From contig CAWGYA010000008.1 of the NCBI GenBank assembly GCA_963826715.1, forward strand, positions 352,001 to 416,000: a stretch of DNA of 64,000 nucleotides, given 5' to 3'. This document shows positions 39,705 to 49,867 of this stretch, piece by piece. Each line of letters begins with the position of its first letter. Position 1 is the stretch's first letter. The notes under the pieces are model-generated. The model was not told where the DNA came from. It did no database searches and saw nothing but the letters and a program-made list of their open reading frames with translations. Made by a program: the position numbers and the translations under genes. This DNA comes from Candidatus Bathyarchaeota archaeon. GTDB taxonomy: Archaea; Thermoproteota; Bathyarchaeia; Bathyarchaeales; Bathycorpusculaceae.

Positions 39705-40174
39705 TTATTTTAGTTCTTTCAACAAGATTTTAGCTTCAGGTGTTAGTTTGGGCTTGCTTCTTTTGCCAACAATTAAGAACAGCGATCCAACCAGAATCAA
39801 TGCTGCCCCAAAAACGCTGTACTTTCCTTGGGCAAAAAACCAAAGGTAGTTCCGATAGTAAAGAAAATTATGGCTATGCCCATGGTAACCATTATCCAGT
39901 TGCTCATAGCCGCAGTGGAGTAAAGAGCGAACTCTTTTTTTCCTGTGTCAGTAACCTGGAAGTAAGATTGTTTCTCCTCTAGCATACCTGCGCTAATGAG
40001 GTAGTTCCAGTCGTAGTGAAAGTGCCCATCGGACTTATAGCCCAATGCAGAGCTTATTGCGGATTTTATGCCTGGCACCGCTTTTATGTGACTGTTGGGG
40101 GCAGAATAAATCAGATACAGCAGCCTAGTTCTTGGCGACTGAATATCCGCGCTTATACCCCTTGACTTAACCAA
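39705..40174 (-). pseudogene. wHTH-like + two-TM membrane protein broken by a 1-bp frameshift
   Basis: The ORF ends ...TAFLGQH*. Adding one base in the A5/C4 run at 39806-39814 restores GAALILVGSLFLIVGKRSKPKLTPEAKILLKELK* ending at 39705. Confidence 0.7.
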
Positions 40175-40394
40175 TTGACAAATCAAACCTGCCAGTGGTA
40201 TGTGGCTACATTTGAAATAAAAAGTTATACTGACTTTTTTCAATATTTTCGACTAAATTGTCGTTTAACTTTGACTCTAACCCTTAGAGTTCCCCGTCTA
40301 AAAGTAGGTTCTTCCATATCAGCAGTATTCTAAATGTTAGGGCTATATCTCGAATTCAACTTTATTCAAACCAGAGAAAATCGGAGGAAAAATC

Positions 40395-41015
40395 ATGAAT
40401 GTAAATTTTGAATATGCCAAAACATTGGCTGGTGAAGGAGCAATTCTTCTTTTGCTCGGTTTAATTCCATATATAGGTTGGGTATTATCTATAGTAGGCA
40501 TAGTTCTGTTAATGAAAGGAATGAAAGAATTTTCATATTACTATCAAGACGAATCTATCTACAGAAACGCGCTCACTGGAATCAAATACTACATAGTCGC
40601 AATAATTGCAGCCGCGGTAGCGATAATAGCAATTGTTGTTGGAGCTGCTTCTGCAACAGCCTTATTCGCAGGTAACTTCTTATTCACCGCAGGTTTCGCA
40701 CTGGGATTAATAGCCTTCTTAGCAGGTATAGTAGCAGCATTTGTGTTCTTCCTACTTGTAGCTACACACTTGAAGAAAACTTTCCATACTCTTGCAGAAA
40801 AAACAAGTGAAGGCTCATTTGAAACCGCAAGCACTTTATTCTGGGTGGGCTCAATACTAACAATCTTCTTTGGTATCGGATTGCTTCTAATATTCATCTC
40901 TTGGATATTCGCAACAATTGGCTTTTTCAGTATGAAGAGCCGCACATACCAACAATATCCACAAAGCAACAACAGCTATACTACAGCTTCACCAACTAGC
41001 CCTAACCTACTATAA
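40395..41015 (+). CDS. DUF996-like membrane protein
   Basis: AKTLAGEGAILLLL..IP.IG.VL.IVG.VL; about five TM helices; GFFS. Confidence 0.8.
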   Translation: MNVNFEYAKTLAGEGAILLLLGLIPYIGWVLSIVGIVLLMKGMKEFSYYYQDESIYRNALTGIKYYIVAIIAAAVAIIAIVVGAASATALFAGNFLFTAGFALGLIAFLAGIVAAFVFFLLVATHLKKTFHTLAEKTSEGSFETASTLFWVGSILTIFFGIGLLLIFISWIFATIGFFSMKSRTYQQYPQSNNSYTTASPTSPNLL

Positions 41016-41105
41016 ACAAGGGGAAAAAATGTAAGCTCTATGATCTCCCCAAACTTTCTCTTTTTATTACTCCTCGCATGTATTTACTAACTAGGTTAAG
41101 CAACT

Positions 41106-42239
41106 TTGACACCATCCAAGTCAATTTCAACCAAAACAATCGGGTTAATCGTGAACCCTGTAGCCGGCATGGGCGGCGCCGTCGGACTCAAAGGTACAGA
41201 CGGCAAACAGATTCTCGATCAAGCCGTTGCCTTGGGCGCTAAGCCCGTAGCGAAAAAAAGGGCAGAAACCTTCCTCTCCGAATTATCAACCGCCAAGCGA
41301 CATCTTAAATTAGTCGTGGGTGCAGGCGAAATGGGTGAAAATGAGGCAAAGAAGCAGAAATACGCCTACATCGTTGTGGGAGAAACAAAAACTGAAACTA
41401 CAGCGCAGGATACTCAATCCGTTGCCAAAGCAATATTGGAGAGGGGGGTTGATTTGCTGGTCTTCTGCGGTGGTGATGGCACAACCCGGGATATCCAAAA
41501 GGCTGTCGATAACAACCTTCCTGTCCTGGGTGTACCCACTGGTGTGAAGATGCATAGTGCCTTGTTTGCTGTTAGTCCCCAGGGAGCAGCACGAGTTGCA
41601 ATTCAATTCCTTTGGGGGGGATTGCCGGTAAGGGAAGCAGAAGTTATGGATGTTGATGAACAGGCATTCCGCCAAGGGCATGTTTCCGCAGAACTATTCG
41701 GTTACATGCTCAGCCCTTTTGAGCCGCATCTGATTCAAGGCAACAAAATGGCATCTCCTATGACTGAAAATGAAGTGGAAAACCAAGCAGCCATAGCCGT
41801 CTATATAATTGAGGAAATGCAACCCAACATACTCTATATCGTCGGACCAGGTACTACCACCCGCACTATCGCTGACCTCTTAGACCAGAAAAAAACGCTT
41901 CTAGGAGTGGACCTCTTCTTGAACAAGAAAATCGTCTTCAAAGACGTTAACGAAAAACAAATCCTTCAAGAAACTAACAATAAACTCGCCAAAATCATTG
42001 TAACACCCATTGGCGGTCAGGGATTCATCTTCGGGCGTGGCAATCAGCAGATAAGTAACTTAGTTATCCGCAAAGTTGGTTTAGACAACATTTCTGTCAT
42101 CGCGACAAAAAGCAAACTCGATAAGCTCAAGAGTCTTCGAGTGGATACAGGCGACCACGAATTGGATTGTGCCTTCAAGACTCGAGGAGTCGTTGTGGTC
42201 ACCGACTACAAGACCACTCAAGAATTAACGGTTGAGTAA
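41106..42239 (+). CDS. ATP-NAD kinase-family protein (AcoX-like)
   Basis: VNPVAGMGG.VGLKGTDG, GGDGTTRD, GVKMHS, GGQGFIFGRGNQQ, VDTGD. Confidence 0.85.
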   Translation: MTPSKSISTKTIGLIVNPVAGMGGAVGLKGTDGKQILDQAVALGAKPVAKKRAETFLSELSTAKRHLKLVVGAGEMGENEAKKQKYAYIVVGETKTETTAQDTQSVAKAILERGVDLLVFCGGDGTTRDIQKAVDNNLPVLGVPTGVKMHSALFAVSPQGAARVAIQFLWGGLPVREAEVMDVDEQAFRQGHVSAELFGYMLSPFEPHLIQGNKMASPMTENEVENQAAIAVYIIEEMQPNILYIVGPGTTTRTIADLLDQKKTLLGVDLFLNKKIVFKDVNEKQILQETNNKLAKIIVTPIGGQGFIFGRGNQQISNLVIRKVGLDNISVIATKSKLDKLKSLRVDTGDHELDCAFKTRGVVVVTDYKTTQELTVE

Positions 42240-42456
42240 AGAGGTCTTCCGCTGATCTGCCTTACTATATTCCTTAACTAAACTGCTGTGATATTCAACA
42301 TTAAGACGATTTTTATCAGCGACATAATATTTTAACAGATTGGTCTGGATTCAGAGTAGATAATTAACTCCATTTTTTGACATTGCTAATATACCGAATT
42401 TCACCTGTCTTCAACAGTATATTATTCGAGATAATTGAAATATACAAGCGCGCATT

Positions 42457-43584
42457 ATGCTACCAAGTGAGGTACAAAAAGTGATACCTATCAACAAGCC
42501 ATCAACCGACGAGGCGGAAGTCCAAGCAGTAATTGAAGTAATGCGCAAAGGACCTTTAACCAGCGCTTTGGGTGCAGGTCCCCAAGTTGTGGCATTCGAG
42601 AAAGGTTTTGCCGAGTTTGCAGGTGCTAAACACGCTATTGCAGTCAACACTGGCACTGCAGCATTGCATGCAGCCGTTATGGCAGTCGGGGTAAGCCGTG
42701 ATGATGAAGTTATCCTACCCAGTTTTACCTTTGTTGCAACTGCCGAAGCCGTTGTATTGGCTGGCGGCAAACCGGTTTTCGCCGACATTGATCCTATAAC
42801 TTACAATCTCGCTCCTTGTGCCGTTGAGAAGGTAATTACCAAAAGAACTAAAGCAATTCTGCCAGTGGATCTTTACGGCTACTCAGCAGACATGAAACCC
42901 CTGCGTGAGATCGCGGCTAAGCAGGGATTGGCTTTGATTGAGGATGCGGCTCAAGCGCATGGATCAACATACATGCGCAAACCAGCAGGTAGCTTTGCAG
43001 ACGCAGCATGTTGGAGCCTCTATGCGAGCAAAAACATGATGACTGGAGAAGGTGGAATGGTAACCACTAACAGCGATGATGTCGACGTCACTCTGCGGAT
43101 GATACGTACGCATGGTGAAAAAGCCAAGTATTCTTCGCTTATACTGGGTACTAACTATCGCATGTCAGAGCTTCAAGCCGCCATCGGAAACGTGCAAATG
43201 CAGAAATTACCCCAGTTCATCGCAAAGCGCCACAAAAATGCAGAGCAGCTCACAAAAATTCTTCAAAAGTCAAATAAGCTTACTTTACCTTGTGAATCTG
43301 CTGATATGCAGCATAGCTGGTACCTTTACACGGCGCGACTAAACAGCGGCAATGAAGAGCAACGAAACAAACTGCTTTTTGACCTCAAAACAAAAGGGAT
43401 AGGTGCTGAAGCATACTATGTGAACCCTGTGCATTTGATGCCATTTTATCGCGAAAACTACCCAAGCCCGGTCTTACTCGAAACCGACCGTGCTTCAAAG
43501 CAAGTGTTTTCATTGCCCATTCACCCTGAAGTCACATCTGAAGAGATAAGCTTCATAGGCGAAACCGTACTTTCCCTTCTGTAG
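42457..43584 (+). CDS. DegT/DnrJ/EryC1/StrS sugar aminotransferase
   Basis: NTGTAALH, FTFVAT, EDAAQAHG, SLYASKNM.TGEGG, NYRMSELQAAIG, SLPIHP. Confidence 0.93.
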   Translation: MLPSEVQKVIPINKPSTDEAEVQAVIEVMRKGPLTSALGAGPQVVAFEKGFAEFAGAKHAIAVNTGTAALHAAVMAVGVSRDDEVILPSFTFVATAEAVVLAGGKPVFADIDPITYNLAPCAVEKVITKRTKAILPVDLYGYSADMKPLREIAAKQGLALIEDAAQAHGSTYMRKPAGSFADAACWSLYASKNMMTGEGGMVTTNSDDVDVTLRMIRTHGEKAKYSSLILGTNYRMSELQAAIGNVQMQKLPQFIAKRHKNAEQLTKILQKSNKLTLPCESADMQHSWYLYTARLNSGNEEQRNKLLFDLKTKGIGAEAYYVNPVHLMPFYRENYPSPVLLETDRASKQVFSLPIHPEVTSEEISFIGETVLSLL

Positions 43585-43684
43585 CATATTCCGCTACAAA
43601 TGAAAGTGTAAGAGTTAAATTACACTTTTACACTATAATGGTGATCAAAAGTTTATAATTTATTTTCGAAGGAGCATGTAATGT

Positions 43685-44071
43685 TTGAGTAACGATGAAG
43701 GCGTCTCCCGGATTAAAATCAAGTTTATTATCGAAGGATTAGGCGAAGCAGAAGGCGAACTTGTCAGATTCCTGGCACCTAGATCCATAGACACTATTGT
43801 CCGCAAGCTTCCATTAGAAGGCAGAGCAGCTCTTTGGAAAGAAGAAGTTTACTTTGAAACGCCCCTTAAAATGGGCGAAGAAAAAGCCAAACCCACCATC
43901 GAAGCAGGCACAATAGCTTTTTGGCCAATGGGCAGTGCAATTTGTGTGTTCTACGGTAGTTCACAGCCATATAGCCCAGTTTCCATTTTGGGTAAAATAA
44001 CAAGTAACCTTGAATTGTTTAGTCGGGTAAAAAGTGGCTCAACCATCAAAATGCAGTTGGTAACAACTTAG
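43685..44071 (+). CDS. Cyclophilin-like fold protein (DUF369/TM1367-like)
   Basis: LPLEG....W.EEVYF, G.IAFWP.G.AICVFYG, PV..LGKI. Confidence 0.8.
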   Translation: MSNDEGVSRIKIKFIIEGLGEAEGELVRFLAPRSIDTIVRKLPLEGRAALWKEEVYFETPLKMGEEKAKPTIEAGTIAFWPMGSAICVFYGSSQPYSPVSILGKITSNLELFSRVKSGSTIKMQLVTT

Positions 44072-44547
44072 AAATTCAGGTGCCCATCGCGCCATTGCTC
44101 AAGAAGTCTGGTGCATTGTTCTTTAATCTGGGCATCTTGGCTTTTCTTTTTTAGAGCCTCCAAAAACTCTATCCGTTTTTGGATTGAACGTTTTTCGGCA
44201 GCTCCTCCATAATATAATTTTCCTTCTAGGTATTCTGCCATGCTAAAGGCTTTCTGTATAAAGAGGCTCGCGGCATCTACGGGATTTTCAACTGCAAATT
44301 TATTCGCCCAGATAGCCACTTCTGCCTGTCTCAGTTGAGTCATGCCATCGATTTCGCTAATTTCACGGATGTAAGTTTGCAGATAAGGATAGTATCCAGC
44401 TGTTTTAATGTGTTCTATAACCTGCTGAACTTTCTGTTTGAATTCAGGATTTCCTGAAACAAAAATGGTATGTTTGTATCCTTTGTCAACTAGTGACTTC
44501 GCCGTTTTAAGCTCTCTTTGGGTAAACACTCTCTCTGGGAAAGTCAA
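44068..44547 (-). CDS. Hypothetical protein
   Basis: 159-aa ORF co-oriented downstream of rps25e; no recognised motif. Confidence 0.65.
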   Translation of the reverse strand: MTFPERVFTQRELKTAKSLVDKGYKHTIFVSGNPEFKQKVQQVIEHIKTAGYYPYLQTYIREISEIDGMTQLRQAEVAIWANKFAVENPVDAASLFIQKAFSMAEYLEGKLYYGGAAEKRSIQKRIEFLEALKKKSQDAQIKEQCTRLLEQWRDGHLNF

Positions 44548-44600
44548 TCAAACAACTCCGAAAGAATAGAAAATATTTATGAATAAAGATTGGGATGCAG

Positions 44601-44927
44601 CTATGCTGCTGGCTTGTAGATTTTAATATTGTGGCTACCTGAGACAAGTTGTATTGCGCCTATACCTTCTAGCTGTTCTAGAAAGTCTTTTGCTGCGCTT
44701 ATACGTATGCCGTAGCGTGTTGAAACCGCGTAGGGAGTTAGCACGTTGATTTTTTTGACTTCAGCAACGATTTTTGGGTCCTTAACATCTGGAACCATAA
44801 TGTTGATTGTTGTCTTTTTCTGCGGAGGTCCAGATTTCTTGTCCTCCTTTTTCTTTGCTTTCTCGTCGTCGGTCTTTACCTGCTGCTTTTCCATCTGCTT
44901 TATGCCAAGCTTCTTTTTTCCACCCAT
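44601..44927 (-). CDS. rps25e: 30S ribosomal protein eS25
   Basis: MGGKKK, Lys-rich N-terminus, LTPYAVS.RYGIRISAAK.FL.QLE..G.I. Confidence 0.9.
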   Translation of the reverse strand: MGGKKKLGIKQMEKQQVKTDDEKAKKKEDKKSGPPQKKTTINIMVPDVKDPKIVAEVKKINVLTPYAVSTRYGIRISAAKDFLEQLEGIGAIQLVSGSHNIKIYKPAA

Positions 44928-44962
44928 GATTTCACCTTGCCGTTTTTTTGATTATTCACCAT

Positions 44963-46453
44963 CTAGACTGTCTGGCTTATTTCAACCTTATGTTTGTTTT
45001 GCCACTCTTTGATTGGTACGCCAAGTTTCTTTTCAACTTCAGCGCGGTGAATTGAATTCATAGTGCAGAATGGTATTATGCGACCGTCTGGTACAGCATA
45101 GTGGATAACACATCGGGAAACCCGTTCTAGATCAAAGTTGTATGGGTCCATGAAGTGCATTGACGAAATTAGAATTGCCGATCGTGCAAAGTCTCCTAGC
45201 GATTTGTAATCGCCGTTTAGCAGTACTTTTAGAACATATTTACGCAAGAAACTAAATTTGATATGGCGACTAGCTCCAGCTAGGCGGATTTTGGCTTTGC
45301 TTTTGTTGCCTTTGGTTGCATCGTCAAAGACGCCCTGGAGGGTAGCTACAAATTTGTCAATGTTGCCATAACGTGTAATCGGGGTAATTTTACCGTTTTC
45401 GATAAAGACAAAAGTTGCCATGCCACAATGCGGATGCGCAGTAAATTCGACATACCGTTTGTCTTTGATTGCCCCCACTGCTTTAGAGACTGGAACCACC
45501 ACTGGAACAGGGTAAAAGTCGCTGACTTTAATTACACCATTAGTTTGTTCTTCAACTTCCCGCATAAAGTCTGGAATGGTTATGCGCATTTTTTCTCTCT
45601 CTTCCGGCGGTAAACGCCCGCATAGTGAAACTGGCTGAACGTTAATGCAGCGGATAACGTCGCTATTTTTAGCGGCAAAATTAATGATGTCCCCCAGTTG
45701 TTTGTCGTTAACTCCCTTTACAAGGGTGACAACGAGAACAACGCTGTTCCAGCCTGCTTGGCGAAGATTCTCAATAGCCTTCATTTTTATATTGAGTAAG
45801 TCGACGCCGCGAATATAATTGTAAACTTCGGGGGTTAAACCGTCAAACTGCAAATAAATAGTGCTGACGCCGGCTTCTCTGAGTTCTTTGCAGTATTCAA
45901 CGTCTTGGGAGATACGCAAGCCATTAGTGTTAACTTCAACATGGTTAAAACCGAGCTGTTTGGCTTTGCGGACCATCTCTGGCAGTTCTTTGCGGATAGT
46001 TGGTTCTCCACCACTGAACTGCAGTGCCTGCGCCGGAACTGGTTTGGTAGCACGCAAATTCTCAAGCATTCCAACTATCTGCTCCATAGTTGGCTCATAG
46101 ACATATCCAGCAAAATTTGCGTTTGCAAAACAAACTGGACATTTGAGGTTACAGCGATTAGTAATATCTATGATCGCTAAGGCTGTATGTGAATGATGCT
46201 CTGGGCAGATACCGCAGTCATAAGGGCATCCCTGTTTTTTCTCGGTGCGGGGGTTTTCCATGCCTTCACCTTCGTATCGGAATTTTTCGGCACGGACATA
46301 TTGGTCATAGTCTGACCAGTAAAGTTCCTCAAAGTGCCCGTGTTCTGAGCAGTCTTTTTTGATGAAGACTTTACCATCTTCTTCGTAGATGACTGCGTCA
46401 AGCGCTTTTAGACATTCAGGGCAGATGCTACGGGTCTGTTTAATATCTTTCAT
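44963..46453 (-). CDS. tes: Tetraether lipid synthase (GDGT macrocyclic archaeol synthase) radical SAM
   Basis: N-terminal CPEC...CSEHG, GCPYDCGICPEH, CNLKCPVC, QFSGGEPT, HPHCG, MHFMDPYNFD.ERV.RC.IHY..PDGRIIPFC. Confidence 0.9.
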   Translation of the reverse strand: MKDIKQTRSICPECLKALDAVIYEEDGKVFIKKDCSEHGHFEELYWSDYDQYVRAEKFRYEGEGMENPRTEKKQGCPYDCGICPEHHSHTALAIIDITNRCNLKCPVCFANANFAGYVYEPTMEQIVGMLENLRATKPVPAQALQFSGGEPTIRKELPEMVRKAKQLGFNHVEVNTNGLRISQDVEYCKELREAGVSTIYLQFDGLTPEVYNYIRGVDLLNIKMKAIENLRQAGWNSVVLVVTLVKGVNDKQLGDIINFAAKNSDVIRCINVQPVSLCGRLPPEEREKMRITIPDFMREVEEQTNGVIKVSDFYPVPVVVPVSKAVGAIKDKRYVEFTAHPHCGMATFVFIENGKITPITRYGNIDKFVATLQGVFDDATKGNKSKAKIRLAGASRHIKFSFLRKYVLKVLLNGDYKSLGDFARSAILISSMHFMDPYNFDLERVSRCVIHYAVPDGRIIPFCTMNSIHRAEVEKKLGVPIKEWQNKHKVEISQTV

Positions 46454-46557
46454 TCTATTTTGCCTTCTATAAAGTAAGCGTTACTTTCGAAGTGCTTAAG
46501 AGCAGAGTAATGATAATAAGGTTTCCAAACGTTTCCTACGGTGATTGAGGGGAAAAA

Positions 46558-47310
46558 ATGGCGCTAAAAGAGGAGACTCGCGGTGTACTTCGTGAAATGG
46601 GATTAAACACCTATGAAATAGACACTTACTTGTCCTTGCTCGAAGTCGGGCAAATGACGGCGATGGAAATCAGCCAGCAAGCCAATGTGCCCTACAGCAA
46701 AATGTATGAAGTCCTTAACAGTCTCAAGGAGAAAGGTTGGATAAAAAGCAGTGAGACTCGACCATTCAAGTACTATCCAGTGCCCCCCCTAGAGGCCACA
46801 CGTTTCACCAAACTCCGTCTCGAAGACAAATACGTCGCGTGGGAAAACACCATAGTTGAGAACCTGCAGCCGCTTTACGAAAAACGCGAACTTGTTGAGC
46901 GCCCTGACATGCTGATTTTGCGAGGGCAACAAGCAGTTTTATCCAAGCTTGAGGAGGTACTCAAGAAGGCATGCGTTGAAATTGTGATTGCCGCGCCCGA
47001 GTTCGCTAAACCTGTAATAACTTTGGCGGAACCAATGCTAGGCAATGGACTTAAGAAGACGGTAAAGGTAAAGGTAATGGCGGCAGGAAAAAAAGAGGAT
47101 TGGCAATTCATTAAAAAATACGCTGGTCTGGGAGAAATGCGGATTCGCGATCATATGTTCGGCGGTGGCGTAATCGCAGACGGTAAGGAAGCCATGCTTT
47201 TTTTGGGAGAAGACAAGCCAAACTTAGTCATCTGGAGTAATCATGTAGGTTTGGTGGGATTTGCACGTGAGTACTTCCAGTTTTTGTGGGATTCCTCAGA
47301 AAAGGCTTAA
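46558..47310 (+). CDS. TrmB-family transcriptional regulator
   Basis: GLNTYE..TY.SLL, VPYSKMYEVL.SL.EKGW, RPFKY.PVPP. Confidence 0.9.
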   Translation: MALKEETRGVLREMGLNTYEIDTYLSLLEVGQMTAMEISQQANVPYSKMYEVLNSLKEKGWIKSSETRPFKYYPVPPLEATRFTKLRLEDKYVAWENTIVENLQPLYEKRELVERPDMLILRGQQAVLSKLEEVLKKACVEIVIAAPEFAKPVITLAEPMLGNGLKKTVKVKVMAAGKKEDWQFIKKYAGLGEMRIRDHMFGGGVIADGKEAMLFLGEDKPNLVIWSNHVGLVGFAREYFQFLWDSSEKA

Positions 47311-47424
47311 GAGGCGGCTTTCATGCCTCTACAATTTTAGAGGCAACTTCATTAACTCACTTTGGAATAAATATAGAAAATCAATGGATTCCAAATAAAC
47401 AGTCCCAGAAAAGGTGTTGAACGC

Positions 47425-48309
47425 TTAAGTGCAGTCTTTAGAAGTTCGTACTTCCCTTTTTTGACTCATCAAATCCTTCTCTAGTTCTATAGCTCTCGCA
47501 GCCACTTTGTCGGCCGCCGCTTTTATTGATGGGTCTTTGATTTCTTCTTTGCGTTTCTCGTTAGATGCCAAAATTAAACGCAGAAACTCACTATCATAAG
47601 CCTTAAGCAGCAACTGCGTATTAGGAATGAGACAGTGTCCTCCAATTACACCAGGAAACATTATTGGTCTATCAAACCGTAACCGATGTGTATCCTCCAA
47701 AAAATCGACTGTTTCATCAAAATCAGCATCGAAAAAACTGGAAATCCGATGCATCTCCTGGAAACAGGCAATCATCCATGCTCTGTAGGTGGTTTCGAAG
47801 AGTTTGGCTAGTTCGGTTTCACGGCAGCTTTTGAGAATTTTAACTTTTAATCCCAGCAGCTCAAAGTGTGTTTTCGCTGCTTCAGCTGCCTCTGGTGTTG
47901 CACCCCCAACATATTTGGGCCAGCGCTTCATCTCCCAAACCATATGTTCAGCACTTTTATGGACACCTCGTGCAGGGGAATGCGCAACTTGACAGTCACA
48001 TTTTTTCGCAACTTTAATGGTGGTCCCAGGCGGTACAGTGCTATTGATGATAACAAGGTCGGGTTTATACTGCTTCACGTACTTTGCGGCGATTTCTGTA
48101 AATTTGTCTTGACTACCGCATGGTAAGCAGACCTGCATAACATTAATTTTGCTTGGAATGTTACTGAGGTTTTGGTTAAGATCTTTCATTTTAGCATCAT
48201 CTAAATCTAACCCGTAAGCCACGAAAGTCCCTTTTTTCTCATTAAACAGAGTGAATAGTGTATTACCGATTTCACCTAAACCAATAATCAGCACAGACTG
48301 CTGCATCAA
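47425..48309 (-). CDS. Short UDP-glucose/GDP-mannose dehydrogenase-family protein
   Basis: IIGLGEIG, INSTVPPGTT, TELAKLFETTYR, IGGHCLIP; no C-terminal third domain. Confidence 0.8.
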   Translation of the reverse strand: MMQQSVLIIGLGEIGNTLFTLFNEKKGTFVAYGLDLDDAKMKDLNQNLSNIPSKINVMQVCLPCGSQDKFTEIAAKYVKQYKPDLVIINSTVPPGTTIKVAKKCDCQVAHSPARGVHKSAEHMVWEMKRWPKYVGGATPEAAEAAKTHFELLGLKVKILKSCRETELAKLFETTYRAWMIACFQEMHRISSFFDADFDETVDFLEDTHRLRFDRPIMFPGVIGGHCLIPNTQLLLKAYDSEFLRLILASNEKRKEEIKDPSIKAAADKVAARAIELEKDLMSQKREVRTSKDCT

Positions 48310-48381
48310 AGCGTCGCCTCAAATATATAGAATTCAAGTCAAACTTAAACTATTTAAATCTGGAGCAAGGAAAAGACAAGC

Positions 48382-48894
48382 ATGCAAAGCGGGAAACGAG
48401 GAGTAGGAATCGTAACTGGCACCAATGTCGAAATTGGGGAGGGTTGTGTTATTTGGAACTATGTAGTTATTGGTGATTGCACAAAAATTGGTGGCGGCAC
48501 AATAATAGGCAGTTTTGTTGATGTAGGTAAGGACGTAACCATAGGCAAAAACTGCAACATACAAGCGCATGTCACCATTTCTAACGGCTGCGTGCTCGGG
48601 AATAACGTGTTTATAGCCCCTAACAGCAGCCTGCTAAATGATAAGTACCCCAAGAGCGCTTTCATAAACCCGCCCTCAATTAAAGATGGTGCATCAATCG
48701 GGGGGGGAGTCACTATACTTCCAAATGTTACCGTAGGAGAGAAAGCAGTTGTCGGCGGAGGAAGTGTTGTAACTAAAGATGTACCTCCAGAAACTATTGT
48801 TGCTGGTTGCCCTGCAAGAAAGGTTATGACACTTGCAGAATTTGAGGTTAAACGTGAAGACTTACTCGCTGACAACCGCGGGGTGAAGAAATGA
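48382..48894 (+). CDS. Hexapeptide-repeat N-acetyltransferase (WbpD-like)
   Basis: Left-handed beta-helix repeats, NDKYP, GGGSVVTKDVP...AGCPAR. Confidence 0.88.
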   Translation: MQSGKRGVGIVTGTNVEIGEGCVIWNYVVIGDCTKIGGGTIIGSFVDVGKDVTIGKNCNIQAHVTISNGCVLGNNVFIAPNSSLLNDKYPKSAFINPPSIKDGASIGGGVTILPNVTVGEKAVVGGGSVVTKDVPPETIVAGCPARKVMTLAEFEVKREDLLADNRGVKK

Positions 48895-49856
48895 AGGTTT
48901 GGTATGACGCCTGTACGGGAAAACATATCCGATATGGTACAGCGATAGGCAAAGCCCTTCGGAGCCAAGGACATGAATTCATATTTACAACAAGGGGACA
49001 CCCTGACACGATACCTTTGGCGAAGCTTCTTGGCGAAAAACCCCTTGTGATCGGTAGATACAGCCCCTCGACACTTACGTCAAGACTTCGTGAAAGCGCC
49101 GAACGTATAATCGAGTTTGCGAAGCTTTTCGAAGACAACAAACCTGATGTTGCTATTGCCCATCAGTCTGTGGAGCTCTGTCGAACAGCGTTTGGCTTGG
49201 GCATACCAATCATTTTAACAGTTGACACCCCTCACGCTCATGCAGTAAATCGGCTAACCATACCCTTCGCAAATACAGTGGTTGTTTCCGAGGCACTCCC
49301 CCAAAGTTTCACAGGAAGTTACTGTGCTCAAAAAGTGGTGCCGTTCCGCGGCATAGATGAGGTAGCATGGATTCAGGGCTTTAAACCCAAAAAAACGCAG
49401 TTTAAAAAGCCATTAATTGTTCTTCGCCAAATTGAAACCAAAGCAGCATATGCTGTCGACAAAAATGACAACGCTAATACTCTTGTTAAACAGCTATCTG
49501 AATTGGGCAATGTACATCTTCTAAATAGATACAACAACGAAAGCGATGCATCTAAAGAAAAAACTGTTTTTGAGGACTCTGCCAGTATTGTTTCAAACGC
49601 TGATTTGGTTGTTAGCTATGGTGGAACTATCTCCCGCGAAGCTGCACTGCAGGGAGCGCCAAGCATTGTCATAGGTGATATGGCAAACACACCCGTCAAT
49701 ACCTACACCGCCGAAAAAGGCTTTCCTCTATTTATAACCAACGAGCAAAAGGTGATAGAGCTTGCCAAAAAATATCTGGGCACCCGTTTCGATGTTGCAG
49801 AAAGACTGGCAAGACTGGAAAACCCAGTTGATATTATTATAAAATTGTTGAACTAA
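48891..49856 (+). CDS. DUF354 family protein (GT-B fold)
   Basis: KVWYDA.TGKH, S.EL.R.AFGLGIP, D.PHA, GG TISREAALQG. Confidence 0.8.
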   Translation: MKVWYDACTGKHIRYGTAIGKALRSQGHEFIFTTRGHPDTIPLAKLLGEKPLVIGRYSPSTLTSRLRESAERIIEFAKLFEDNKPDVAIAHQSVELCRTAFGLGIPIILTVDTPHAHAVNRLTIPFANTVVVSEALPQSFTGSYCAQKVVPFRGIDEVAWIQGFKPKKTQFKKPLIVLRQIETKAAYAVDKNDNANTLVKQLSELGNVHLLNRYNNESDASKEKTVFEDSASIVSNADLVVSYGGTISREAALQGAPSIVIGDMANTPVNTYTAEKGFPLFITNEQKVIELAKKYLGTRFDVAERLARLENPVDIIIKLLN

Positions 49857-49867
49857 AGTATTTAACC

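Noticed and set aside
48459-49001. Long antisense ORFs (this 180-aa one, also 6235-6714, 20605-21060, 29207-29650, 54686-55174)
   Set aside because: They are shadows of well-supported genes on the opposite strand or frame and have no motifs
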